Source: Octopus sinensis
Taxonomy: Eukaryota
DNA length: 64,000 bases
Assembly: GCF_006345805.1 (NCBI RefSeq)
Contig: NC_043000.1
Location: forward strand, 45,198,001 to 45,262,000
Direction of reading: 5' to 3'
Positions 1 through 13,241 of the stretch are shown piece after piece (positions within the stretch are counted from its first letter, which is position 1; every line of letters begins with the position of its first letter). Position numbers and translations under genes: made by a program. Under the pieces are notes generated by a model that was not told the DNA's origin, ran no database searches, and saw only the letters and a list, made by a program, of their open reading frames with translations.

Positions 1-28
1 ATAATAATAATAATGATAAAAATGATGG

Positions 29-60
<32 letters not shown>

Positions 61-1099
61 GGTTAAACTGAACAGAAAAGAAATAGACACAGCAAAATCT
101 TAATAATGGCTGAGAAGCTCAGGACTCATTGCAGAGATTCAAATTCAAATTTTGATGATCCAAAGGGCATTCAACTGAGATTTTTAACTCAACTATAAAG
201 CAAGCTCATACATCCATTGTTTTAATTCTATGTATATACCTACCAGGAAGGAAGGTAACTGCCACAATACTTGAAATGGATTTTGTTTAAACCTGAGAGA
301 GAAAGTATTATACAAGCGGGCATTTTTTCAATATTAAAATTATATGGCACATTTCATAACAGCCATGTATAACAAACTGTTATGGTGTGGGAAGGGTCAA
401 CTTTTGTTTACTTTTGACTTCAACAACCTTTGATGAAAATATTTGCATAATTTGAGGGTTCATTTTATAGATCAGCTCAAATATCACCTTTTGTGGTAAT
501 TTGCAATAATTCAAGGAAAGATTCTAAAGTACCCCTTGCTAGATTTTTCCCTACTTCTATTCTACTTATTCAGCAATACATACAAAACAGTATGTAAAAG
601 TGCAGAAGTATCTCACATTCCACAGAGTAAACACTACTTCTTTTCAAGTTCTTATTACTTCTGGTATCAAAAGTACATGCAAACCTTTGTTTTGATTAAT
701 TTTCAATAAAAAAAACGTTATATTGTCTTGATGATAAATAAAACTTGTGAATGTGAGATATTTTGGTAAAGGTCAAAGTTCATGACCTTTTGACCTCTGG
801 TGACCTTTTTACAGAATAAATTTGCTTACCATTTACATGAACTTATAGATCTTGATGAAGCAATCATTTTAAGTGGTCATTTGAAATATTTTAGCTATCA
901 GTTGTAAAATTAGTGCTGTTTGAATTTTCCATGCCCCTAATTTTCTGCCCCCAGCTATAAAAGTGGATGCGGTCAAAACGTCTTACATCCCAGTTGTTTT
1001 GCTGGCAACATCAATTTTCTGACTTTTTAGACCCAGGGCTACATGAAAATATCCATTAAAGTAAATCACAAAGAGTGGGGTACACCATGATCCCCCACT

Positions 1100-1225
1100 A
1101 ACCCAAGGCCTAAATCACAAGGCTTTGGTCAAACCCAAGACTATAGTAAAAGACATTTGTCTAAGAATCTACGCAGGGGTTCTGAATATGAATATATATG
1201 GATAGTAAGTGAATTTCTCAAATAC
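1100..1225 (-). mobile_element. Degenerate 5' half of tRNA-derived SINE (family A)
   Basis: cacaaggctttggtc..actatagtaaaagacatttgtctaag is a decayed reverse complement of the family A motif cttgggcaagtgtcttctactatagc..gaccaaagccttgtg seen at 9401-9810. Confidence 0.55.
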
Positions 1226-2368
1226 ACTTGCAAAAATGTATTTTCTTTTTTCCTGATTTAAAATTTTTTGGTTCATTCTTTCAAATGCTGAAATAAAGTT
1301 GGATCAGTTAATGATCAGTTAAAATGATTTATCCCCTGTCATGTCTGTAATTGTTCAATTATTCAAACAACTATAAGAACTGCACTAAATAATTCTTGCT
1401 TTTGCTTTAATCACATCCTACTTCTCAATGAGTACCATCACTTAGATTCAAAAGCCTGTAAATAATTATTCATTTGTAATGCACCAGATTTTCTAATAAG
1501 ATTTGTACAAGATCAGTAAGCTATTTAATATGTATTGCTTGCTAACTAATCAAGACTACATCTAAATGGTTACATGACTCCTCTGACTTTACTATTTCTC
1601 ATGGTAACTAATTCCAGTTGGTTATTATCTGATAATGATATTATTTTCAGTTAAGACCATTGTATCACATTTTAAATAACTTATATGAATACTTATGTAT
1701 TGTATACTATGAACAATGAGCTGAGTAAACCCAGAAGAATCATTTCACTTTCTCTTAGTGATTTGATATGATGCATGTGCCTACTGTCCAAATTAGTGAA
1801 GCAAAATTATGACAAAAACCATTCTATGAAATTTGCTTATTGCACTGAGAGTAATATCTTTTAGTAGACTATGGCACAATTTATCTTATTTCCCTAAAGT
1901 CTAGTGAATAACACCAAAATATCATTATCTGTTCACACAATTGATTAACTATCCATCTTAGATTTTCTCACTCTAGCTCCTGCCCTGATTTCTCTGGTAA
2001 ACATCAGCTCAGTTTTATAACATTTATATTATCATTTGTTTAAAGAAGATATATTCATTGACTCAACAACATAATCAAGCATGACTGTGTGATTAAGAAT
2101 AGGTGCACGTGTGGCTGGAAAGAAAATATATCTACTTTTGAAACATGTGGGTAGGAATTCAATCATGCTCAATGGACAGTGACAGCTGGTGTCGTCTACT
2201 ATGGGTTGATCATTACATTGTAAGTAAAATTGATAGGCAAAAAGTAAAATATAGATACATATATCTCAACATAGATATATGAGTATATAAATGTGTGTGT
2301 GTCTGTATGCACCCCCCCACACTCACATATATATATACACATATATATATATATATACATATATATAC

Positions 2369-2452
<84 letters not shown>

Positions 2453-3300
2453 GTATATATATATGATAATTGCAATGAATACAGAGACTGGTACATCTGC
2501 TCATTTTTAATTCTTATTTTTATTTTTACAGTTAATTATACAGAATAATTGGTTCAGATATGAACAGCACGTGTTTCTCCTGTGCAGAGTATTAGCAGTT
2601 GCATTTGCAACACTCATTGAACACACACACACACACACACGTGCGCGCAAGCACATAATCGTTCATTTGGTGTTTGTTGACACTACATTTCCAGTATTCT
2701 AATATGTAGCTAACTCCTGTCTCTTTCTTGAACATGTGCACTCATTTGATACTTGACATTTCAACTTTGTTCAATGTGAACTTGTAACAAGATAGATTAT
2801 ATTTTGCACACTTGGGATCACCCTGAAAGGGAAAAGCCAAAACGGACATTATTCACACCTCTCAATTTTCATTTTAAAAAGGTAAGAAAGTGTCAGTAAC
2901 TTGCAGTGTGAGCAAAGTGGATGCTGTTATGGAACTCGCATACTAGATGTGGTTTTCCAAGATCTTGGTCATGAACATTTTTATTTCAAGATGCACCTCA
3001 CTCTAGCCAATCAACTGAGATAACCAGAATAATCACAGGTGTTCCTCAAATATCCAATCAAGTGTGGAAAAACAGAAGAAGGCTAGGCAAGGAAATGGAG
3101 AGTTGGGGAGGACAAAAGAAAATAAAGGATAAGAGAAACTTGTGATGGAATAACAAATTCATTAAATTTGGCATTGAAGATATAGAAGAAGATATACAGA
3201 ACTGATTGAACATTACGCTATGTGATAATCTGCAATAGCTAAGATAGGTAATTTATGGCACCATTCTTAACAAAGGAGTGATGCCCAAGGTACTATGCAG

Positions 3301-3414
3301 CTTGGGCAAGTGTCTAATACTATAGCTGTGGACTGACCAATACCTTTTCAGTGGATTTGGTAGATGGAAACTGAAACAAGCCCGTCATATCTATGTATGT
3401 GTGTATGAGTGTGA

Positions 3415-3450
<36 letters not shown>

Positions 3451-3656
3451 TTATGTGTTTGTTCCCCTCCAACACTTGACAACCAGAGCTGGGTCACTTC
3501 TCTGTGATCTAATGGTTCAGCAAAAGAGACCAGTAGGATAGGTACCAGGTTTTTCAAAAATAAATACTGGAGTCAGTGCATTCGACTAAAAGTTCTTCAA
3601 TGTGGTGCCCCATCATTGTCATAGTCTTATGAATGAAACAAGTAAAAGATAAAAGA
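3301..3656 (+). mobile_element. Degenerate SINE family A
   Basis: cttgggcaagtgtc..ggatttggtagatggaaactgaaa, an internal (TG)n tract and a gaaacaagtaaaag tail; colinear with the 9401-9810 copy. Confidence 0.8.
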
Positions 3657-6065
3657 CGTGTGTGTGTGTGTGATTAATGAGAGAGACAGAAGATGGAAGA
3701 CGCGAGAATCTTTATTGATCCCTACAATTATTTCGACCCATCTAGCATCGATCCCTTGTGGGTGGGATACTATACAACTGATTTAGGTGTATCCCTCGGT
3801 GTAGATATGTCTCCTTGGGTGATTTCACGAGGTATCTCATTAAAATAAACTCTTTTTATACAAGATTTCTGCAAGGTTTTCATATATAGAAATGGCAAAT
3901 CAAAGGGTACAACTTTATTCTTATAGAAGATCCATAACAAAGCTCAAATACAAAAAGAAAGAATACATAATATAGCAAAAATGTCAGGAAAAGCAATACC
4001 AACCAAAATGAAAATCACTTGATGTGGCCACATAGTGATAATAACAAAAATAGAGATATGGCCAACATGGTAACAGTTTAATAACCGCAAAAGCAGAACC
4101 ATAAATGCAACTAAATCTAATAAATGCTCATGCAGAGAAAGAACAAAAAGCCCATTGATGAACCTCTGTATGAGTATCAATGTTGTATATATGAGCACTG
4201 TACACACAAGGGGAGGCCTGTACGTTTGCATTGGGGCAAAGGCTGATTCGTTCAAGAACTGATACCAAAACCATGTCTCCAGCTTCTAGAAATTCAAGAG
4301 GTATTCAACATCTTTGACTGATTTTGTGTGGCACCTTAAGCAGATAAGATTAAATATGATATTACTTTGTCCATAATAAGACATGCACAACCATGCAATG
4401 TCTTTTCCAGGAGATGCAGATTGTGCTCCAAAGAATCACTAAGCATTTTGTGAAACAATGAGAAGCTTATTAATGAGATTTTAGAAAGACTATCAACTTG
4501 CTCTCATACAATTAATTGTACTTTTGCACAATACAGGGGGTCTGAATTAGAGTAATCATTGACTGAATTATTAACCACACTTTACATAATGGTATGTATG
4601 AATAATTACAAACTCCCCATTCTTATAAACACAATTCCACAGTACTTACCAACATCACTGAGATGCCTCTTGACCATTGTATATCGTTTAAAGTGAGATA
4701 AACACTAACTTCTGTCTGTGAATGCATATAGCTCACCGTGGGATAATAAATGCATAAAACCTACGACTAACTACACTGGAGATCATAATCCTGGCATTGA
4801 TGCTTTCTACAGGCTATAAGTTGTTTCATTAGTTATTCATTCAAAAAATACACATCTACTATGTGAGTATTTATATCCAAAAAATCACTGTACAAGACAC
4901 AACTATATTTGTTTCTTCTTATATCTAAAAAGCTTCCATGCATTCACTGACTTGAAGAAATACACAAAAATACACAATTGAACATACAAACATGGAAACA
5001 CACACACACACATACACATACAAGTGTGCATGCTCACCACATACATTCAATGGTTTTCTTCAAGTTTTAATCCATTCACAACACTTAGGTCAGCCTGGGG
5101 CTACATTAAAAAATCCTTGTCCTAGGTTTCATGCTGGAGAATTGAGCCTAAAACCATCTGATTGCAAAGCAAATTTCATAATCACAGTCATATACGTATG
5201 TACATGTGTGTGTGTGTGTATGTGATTATGTATACGTATACACATACACACACACACACACACACTCACAAACATACACACACACACACTCACACACACA
5301 TATATTTACACACACAGATTTTTTTTCCAGTGTTAATATGGTATTGAATCAGATATTATTTTTTCAGAATTTAAATATCTCTGCTGTTTTTTATGTATCC
5401 GCTTTTGTGTATAAGACTGTTGAACTCCAAAGGATTAAAATTTGCTTAATATTCTTGAAAAAGAAGCTTCCACCAAGATGTTTCCATAGATTATAGGAAA
5501 AATAAGAGAAGGATTATAAACTCTTTAACTAAATGGCTTATCGAATCAAACCTCTTTAAATGGTTTCCATTATAATGTTTATTTGTGAAGAAGCTATTAA
5601 ACTTTTAAATGTAATCAAATTTTGAAAATTGACAGTCTGAAATTAGTTGCTCACGTATAGTTTCAAGTTTGAATAATGCAATAAACTGGTCTTGTGTTTG
5701 CTATTTCTTATTGAGTTAGGTAGAATCCTAAGATATTTCTAGTCACTTTGTGAAAATGGTACTCAAGATATTCTAGTTTGGATAGTCGTGATATCTACTG
5801 TCTAAAATCAAACCTAATTTCATGTATGTGTGTGAGAGAGTGAGAGTGAGAGGAAACAGAAAGAAAGAGAGTATTATATTGTATGTTTCTCGATAATTGT
5901 ATGTTACTAAATACAACTCATAGTGACACAATAGACAAAATGTTTACATGATTTTCATAAAAACATACCAAGATGGATTATTATTATGCTGTTGAGACTG
6001 AAAGAGACAGTGAAAGCTCATAACACACTCATTAATTATACATTGTTCCTGTTACTATGCTATGT

Positions 6066-6100
<35 letters not shown>

Positions 6101-6249
6101 ATTTAGGAATGGTCATTTTGCTAGTTTAGCCAATAAAAACAGACGCACTATATATTTGGTGTTACTTTGCTTCAGCGTCATTTATTTTTTTACATTAATC
6201 TTTTAAATTAACTTTTACATCAAAAATCTTGCAAAACAAATATATAAAC

Positions 6250-6301
<52 letters not shown>

Positions 6302-6382
6302 CTTATTATCTGTAAGACTTGATCTTGGGATAGTGAAAATAAAGAACTGCACACTATTGTTTAACATTTAAACATTGAACTT

Positions 6383-6610
6383 TTAACCCTTTAGCTTTCC
6401 AATTACTCTGTCAAATGTAATGATTATTTATTGACATTATTTTGACCTGATCATGCTTTATTTCACAGCTTCAAGATTTTGATAAAGTGATTATTTATCT
6501 TTAAAATAACATTATAGGATAGGAGTGAGAGGACAGACCTGGCCATTTCGAACTTAAAACAAGTAAAATATTTAGGCTTGATTTCGTCAGTTTCAATATT
6601 TAGGTCTTAA
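6383..6610. mobile_element. piggyBac-like MITE (degenerate)
   Basis: Starts TTAA-CCCTTTAG and ends in a decayed ..aggtcTTAA; non-coding; same end type as 31948-32182. Confidence 0.5.
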
Positions 6611-8055
6611 TTTGCTGGTTGAAATACTAAAGAATTGAACAGTAACTCAAGTCTGTCTTTGTGTATTATGTTACTAGTGTAATTTTATTACTTTTAGTAA
6701 AACAAGGAAACTGAAAATGCAAGGCCATTGGTTAACTCTAGGGCACCTTGATTCTAAAAACAGAAAATATTATATTTAGTTGTATTTAATAATGTTCTAA
6801 ATTAACATCTTGCCCTTATTGGTTTTTATCTTGCTACAACTGATGGATATTGATCAACTTATTGCCAGTAATAAACTAAGGTCAATGCAATCAAATATGT
6901 GTTCTTTTGCTTTTGCAAAATAATTAGTCTTATGTAAAAAAAAAAGACTGGACCAAGTAATGCAACGCCAAATCTTACCTCATATCTATATAACTCTATT
7001 GATTTTACAATTCCTAATAGTTTCAGCAGACAAAAAGAAACTATGAGCAGGAAAAAAAAATCTTGTAAAGATAATGATCAGGAATTGTATAATAACTACA
7101 AAAATTCTAAAGAAATAAGAAGTCAGCAACAAAAATTGAATTGAAGTTGGGCTGTATATTTGTTGATTTTATATACCATGTAATCACTCATTTATTTTTG
7201 TCTTGATCCAATTTGCACATGAGCAAAAGTGTATTCCAATGAGACAAAACCATATATTACAGTAGCGATTTTGGTACCTCCCTATCACATTAAGATACAC
7301 AAAGGTTAAATTTTCTAAATGATAGTTAAATAACACAACAACTAATTAATTCTTGGTGAGAAATCTACTAACCAATTAACCTTTCCACCTGCTGACATCT
7401 TTTAGAGAAACTTAAAGCACATGATAAACAAGTTTCTACACTAAAACATGAAAACCTAAGGTTGACACTCCTAAATAATCACACCTAATCACAAAATCTT
7501 GCTTGCTTGACTGAACTCTGAACAACAGCCATCCCTTTCCAAAAACACAAGTTAAATCTAAATAACACTAGCAACAAGTAAAGGAATCTGTTGACAGACT
7601 AACATTTTTCCTACATACATTTTTTTGTGAGCATCTAACATGTGACCCCAAGACCTAAAGCTGACATACCTAAATACATACATCTGACTGCAATTCACTC
7701 TGCATGGAGACATGCATGACTGATTTGTAAGCAAAAACAACAACTCCAAATTTAATCAGCTATAGTCGTCTATATCTTCCTATCAGAGCCTACCCTACAA
7801 CCTTAATTATCATTCAATCAAACTCCATTTTGCCCAGAAATATTAAACTTACTAGAAAGTACACAAAGTGAATATGAACTCATAAGTTCTATTGACTATG
7901 CAGGTTTAAAACTTTGAAGGACTGAGTAATCCTTCAGTTAAATGGAAAATTGTTTCTACTATAACTCAATATAAAAACCAATATTGCTACATATGCATAT
8001 GTATGTATGTATGTAGCTGTCTGTCTGTCTATCTATCTATCTATATATCTATTTA

Positions 8056-8087
<32 letters not shown>

Positions 8088-8174
8088 ATAACAAAATAAT
8101 AAATAAAACATGCATATATACATACATATATATACAGACCTACATCTATATGTATATATATATATGCATAGTAA

Positions 8175-9007
8175 GCAAGAAAACTGACAGGATCCTACCC
8201 ATTTCAGGTAGGTGGCCTTGTTCCATTTATAGGGAAAAATGTAGGCAGGAACTCAATATGGTGTACCCAGTGTAAGCTATGGACACATAAGACGTGCAGT
8301 GGATTAATGGGAAAATTATATAAGAAGGTAGTGTTCATATGTGGTAGAAGCACAGGATCCATAAAACTATAGGAACTCAGGAAATTGTTTCTCTCAAATG
8401 GTTTGGTAGCTCATTAGAGGTAGTAGATAATTTCTGCTACATAAGGGACAAAATTAGTAGTGGGGGTTTCATGGGGTGTGTGATAGCTAGAATAAGAATA
8501 AGATGGAGAAAGTTCAGTGAGCTGTTACCTCTGTTGCCTACAAAAGGTTTCTCTCTCCAAATGAAAGGAAGATTGTATGATGTATATATATGGATATTAA
8601 ATCTACATGGTAGTGAGATGTGGGTCCTGAATGCAGAGGATATCTGAAGGTTAGGAACAAACGAGGCTAGTATGCTCTGCTGGATGCGTAATGTAAGTGT
8701 ACATGTTTGACATGCTAGCACCATGAGAAAGAAATTGGGTGTAAGAGGAATTAGTTGCTGTGTGCAAGTGAGAAAACTGCACTGGTCTGGTCATGTGATG
8801 CAGATGGACACTGTCAGTTCCATAAAGAAGTGTGTATCTTTCAAAGCAGATGGAACACATGGAAGTCGGAGGCCCAGAAAGACATGGGTCAAAGTACTGA
8901 AGAGTGACCTCAGGATGCTGAAATGTTCAAGTAAGATGACAAAGAACCAAGATGCCTGGTGCCTTGCTGTACTCAAGAAGACCCATTCCCTGTGGCAGAT
9001 GTGTTAA
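8175..9007 (+). mobile_element. RTE-clade LINE 3' fragment (decayed RT C-terminus)
   Basis: Translated pieces SGRWPCSI, LEVVDNFCY, IRWRKFSELLPLL, HGSEMW, LHWSGHVMQM and RPRKTW; with stops and frameshifts. Confidence 0.85.
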
Positions 9008-9059
9008 GACCAATTCCTCCAGTGATGAGGATTGACCAGCAAGAGTTTTGGGCCAGTGC

Positions 9060-9292
9060 CACATAAAAACGCTCATAGTAGTTTCATATAAAAGCACCCA
9101 TGCAGTGCCAGGTAAAAGCATCCGTATGGCATGATGTATAAGTACAGATACAGTGCCACTTAAAAGCATCCAGCACACTCTATAAAGTGGTTGCCAAATC
9201 AGACTGGTGTTTGGTGCAGCACCCCAGCTAGCCAGCTCTGGTCAAACTATCCAACCCATGCCAGCATAGACAACAGTTGTTAAATGATGATT
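9060..9292 (+). mobile_element. SINE family C (aaaagcacc-type repeat units with RTE-like 3' tail)
   Basis: Repeated aaaagcac/aaaagcatcc units, then ccaacccatgccagcat..gttaaatgatgat tail; homologous to 17628-18130 and 36655-37140. Confidence 0.75.
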
Positions 9293-9306
9293 TATATATA
9301 TATATG

Positions 9307-9400
<94 letters not shown>

Positions 9401-9809
9401 ATAGGCGCAGGAGTGGCTATGTGGTAAGTAGCTTGTTTACCAACCACACGGTTCCGGGTTCAGTCACACTGCGTGGCACCTTGGGCAAGTGTCTTCTACT
9501 ATAGCCTCGGGCCGACCAAAGCCTTGTGAATGGATTTGGTAGGCGGAAACTGAAAGAAGCCCGCCGTATATATGTATATATATATATGCATGTGTGTGTT
9601 TGTGTGTCTCTGTTTGTCCCCTTAGCATTGCTTGACAACCGATGTTGGTGTGTTTATGTCCCCGTTACTTAGCGGTTCGGCAAAAGAGACCGATAGAATA
9701 AGTACTGGGCTTACAAAAGAATATGTCCCAGGGTCGAGTTGCTCGATTAAAGGCGGTGCTCCAGCATGGCTGCAGTCAAATGACTGAAACAAGTAAAAGA
9801 GTAAAAGAG

Positions 9810-9810
<1 letters not shown>
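9401..9810 (+). mobile_element. Full-length SINE family A (tRNA head, CORE-like motif, internal TA/TG microsatellite)
   Basis: Head with A-box-like tggctatgtgg and B-box-like ggttcagtcac; cttgggcaag CORE-like motif; tail gaaacaagtaaaagagtaaaagagt; at least 8 relatives in the window. Resembles octopus OR-type SINEs from memory. Confidence 0.92.
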
Positions 9811-9864
<54 letters not shown>

Positions 9865-9874
9865 TATATATATA

Positions 9875-10102
9875 CCGGAGTAAACACATAAATGTGAAAC
9901 AAGGTGGAAAAAAGAGTACTCAAATACCAGGGGTAGAGTAATATGCTTTATTTAAAAGCAGCAGAAATTCAACAAAACCTGTTACTCTGAGTTTCCCGTT
10001 CCTGTTCGTCGGTACTATTTTAACAAAAACAGTCCGACGAACGGGAACATGAAACTCAGAGTAACAGGTTTTGTTGAATTTCTGCTGCTTTTAAATAAAG
10101 TA
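9875..10102. mobile_element. Penelope-type terminal-repeat remnant forming an inverted repeat, inserted in (TA)n
   Basis: Arms 9945-10012 and 10034-10100 are near-perfect reverse complements; (TA)n on both flanks; hammerhead-like core in each arm. The Penelope assignment is inference. Confidence 0.6.
10022..10075 (+). ncRNA. Type I hammerhead-ribozyme-like motif (variant core)
   Basis: Stem I aacaaaaacagt/acaggttttgtt (10 of 12 pairs); core CCGACGA (U4C versus CUGANGA); stem II ACG-ggaa-CAT (one mismatch); GAAA; stem III CTC-a-GAG; GUA triplet ending at 10063. Confidence 0.5.
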
Positions 10103-12924
10103 TATATATATATATACATATACACATATCCACACATACATATGGTAGGGCTCCACACTGTTTCTATCTACCAAATTTACTTACCTTAATTATACATGGT
10201 ATGTGTGTGTGTGCATGCATGTGCATGTATGTATATATGTATGTATGTCTTTATGTGAAAACTCTTGACACCTTATGATGTCAGTGAATGAGCTATACCA
10301 TCATACAAGTGTTGTCATATAAGCATGTTTGAATGGGTCACATGAAGATGAGGATTATAACACACAAAATGCACTGGAGATTGTTAGAATACACTTGAAA
10401 TGATTTCCTTCAAATATCTGGAAGTCTCCATTGAAGTAGAGGATAGTTTTTCAAAATATTGGTCACATAATTTTTAAAAAGTGGATAGTCTGTTTCAGTA
10501 TTTTCAACTCAACATTTTCCACTAATATCCTTGGAAAATTTATGTACATCATCCCTTCATCAAAACTTTTGGATTTTGAGTCTCATACATCTTACTTTGA
10601 AAATATATAAACGAAGAGAAACCAACTAAACAAGGAATGAAATTGTAAAATATAAATATTGATGTTGATTATTTCTAAGGAAGAAATTTGTAATGTCCAA
10701 AATGAAGTATGTCATATTTAAGCTAAATGTGTGCTATCTTATGTTAAAATATCAATTAATCACAGTTAATCAATTTTGATAGATTTAGTAAATCTAATTT
10801 TATATAAGGATAATACATCTTTTCTAAAACGAAAATTGTATTAGAAGAAGAAAAGAATAAACACTGCATTTGTCAGGTTTTCTAAGCTGACAGATTTGCT
10901 TTCCAGTACATATAGTCTTGTGTTTAAGATTGTGAAGAAAAAAAATAAATCCTTCTTATTTTAATATAATCTAATAATGTATTCTGTTTCTGGAATATTT
11001 CTGCCAAATATCTCTCTTCAGTACTTAATTCAGAATTTCTGCAATAGATACGATTTAGTTTTATAGTATCTCTTGTAATTTATTTCATTTTGTAGCTTCT
11101 CTCAATGTAAGTTTATTTATGTATTATTTAACATTGGAATGCAGTCAAGTGCCTACCAATATAGAAATTCTTGAAGGCAATGCTAGGATCATTTTAACCA
11201 TGTTGTAGGCTCCAGGGAAGATCACTGGATTGGGCCTTATAGTATATATTTATTGACAGCAAGGCAAAGCATACGTAAATCAGAATTGAGCCCCTACACC
11301 TGTGGAATCCCTGGGAAACTGCTCAGTGTGCCCATGCCTTAATATGCCACTGGGAAACTGTCCAGCATGGTTGCAGCTCAATGACTAAAATCAACAAAAG
11401 AATATGTAAATATGTACGTGTGTATGTGACACCAAGTGTGTGTGTGTGTGTGTGTGCACGCATGCACATGCGTTTATACCTATATATAAATACATACATG
11501 CATACATACATATAAATAGATAAATATATCATCATCATCCTCATCATCATCATCATCATCCTTATCATTTAATATCCATTTTCCATGCAGACATTAAATG
11601 AAGATGATTATGTGTTTGTGTGTGCATACATATATGTATATATGTATATGTGTATATATATATATATGTGTGTGTGTGCGTGTGTGTGTGTGTTTGTGCG
11701 CACACACATATATGCATATACACATAAATAAATATAAGATCCAAGGAACGAGATGTAGGAAGAATGTTAGCTTCAAGCAATCTGTAGTGAATATAAAAAA
11801 CTTTTAGGGACAATAGTGGTTTATTGAGATGGTCCTTCAGATCACAGCTGTCTCACAAAAAACATCGTTTACAAGTGTACAGTATCAGCTGTTAACTGTA
11901 ACTACATATATATATAGGCTCATGCTGCACCACCTTCAAAGCTAGAGTGAGCAACCACTACTCCAGTTTCAGGTCCCAAAAAATTTCACCAGTACGTCGT
12001 TATTTCAGCTTATCAATAAACTAAAGATTGATTCAAAGCCTTACACTCTCAAGTGGTCTATAGTTACCTGTGCCAAACCATACAATAGCTATAATAACAA
12101 GTGTGATCTCTGCATATCTGAGGTGTTAGCTATTTTGAAATCCATGGATTGTCTTAATGAATGCAGCAGTATAATTTTTACCTGTAAGCATCAATCATTA
12201 AATCTATTCTCAAAATACAAATAACAACAACTCCACCCTACCTTTTTCTCCTAGCCTACATAAATTTTCCTTCTTGTTTACCCTCACTACCACTATATAT
12301 TAAACTAACAATATATCTTCTCTTTAATTCCTTATTGTCATTTACATACTCTTCTTTGTATCTTTCCTTACCATTTATAATAATCTTTTTCTCTTATTTC
12401 ACTTGTCTTCCCCTTACAAGTATATGTGCCAGCATATACCTCTGCTACTTCATACTGTAAACATGCTCACTGTACACAATATACATTCCTTAATTGATTA
12501 CTGGCAGTAGCTGCCATGATTCTTGCCCCATTCTATCTTGCTTTCTTCATGCATATTTTTTCTACCCCTTGGCCTAAAATATTTCCCCAGCCTCTCCCTT
12601 CCACATAGTCTAATTTCTGTGACTCAGTAAAAACAGCCCTATTGAATACTACCAATCAAGTGACCGTGCTTAAATTCCTATTTCTTCTCACTCCTTTATG
12701 TTTTTCCTTTTTCCTTTAATTCAATCCTAATTTATACATTTATATTCTCCACTCCTACTGTGCTCTCTACACATTCTGATTGTAAACATTCATTTAATCA
12801 AAATATCCTTGACCTGAAGCGTAGCCTGCAGTATACACCTCGCTTGGATATTTACCACTTCTGAGGCTCTGCTTGCTATAAAACATATATAGCCCAGATC
12901 TTATCTACTCCATTCCTTAACTCT

Positions 12925-12997
12925 TGTACATACATACATACATACATACTACATACATACATACATACATACATACATACATGCATACATACATACA
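12925..12997. repeat. (TACA)n microsatellite
   Basis: Direct reading. Confidence 0.95.
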
Positions 12998-13241
12998 GCT
13001 AATAGTAAGGGATTATCAATCCAGATAACATACTTCATAAGCTCACTGTTGGCAGACCAGGCTAACAATATTGTTTAGACTAGTGAAGAACTTGAAGTAT
13101 TTTTATGGCAAGGTCTGAGGTTATGGTTCATCACAATTCTATATTGTAAATCTATGGCTGGGCTCCAGACAAGCTGACCTTTACACAGAGTGATATATGA
13201 GAGAAGGTATACATAATGGTCATCACATCTTTTTCTTTTAT

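Noticed and set aside
380-1080. Possible Sola/Kolobok-type DNA transposon remnant (aaggtcaaagttcatgaccttttgacc)
   Set aside because: No matching termini or coding motif could be confirmed.
2199-2548. ORFs rich in YI/HT/CV/II repeats here and throughout (e.g. 16654-17020, 28795-29114, 50481-50798, 61510-61891)
   Set aside because: Translations of TA, CA, TACA, ATT and CAT microsatellites.
2150-2881. Exon candidates ending at 2219 and 2881 (e.g. IDYILHTWDHPEREKPKRTLF)
   Set aside because: Good donors but weak acceptors; the first overlaps a possible decayed SINE head; no recognisable product.
3770-4285. Mitochondrial insertion (TGA read as Trp extends the hydrophobic ORF)
   Set aside because: Peptide does not resemble any of the 13 mitochondrial proteins; no mt tRNA or rRNA nearby.
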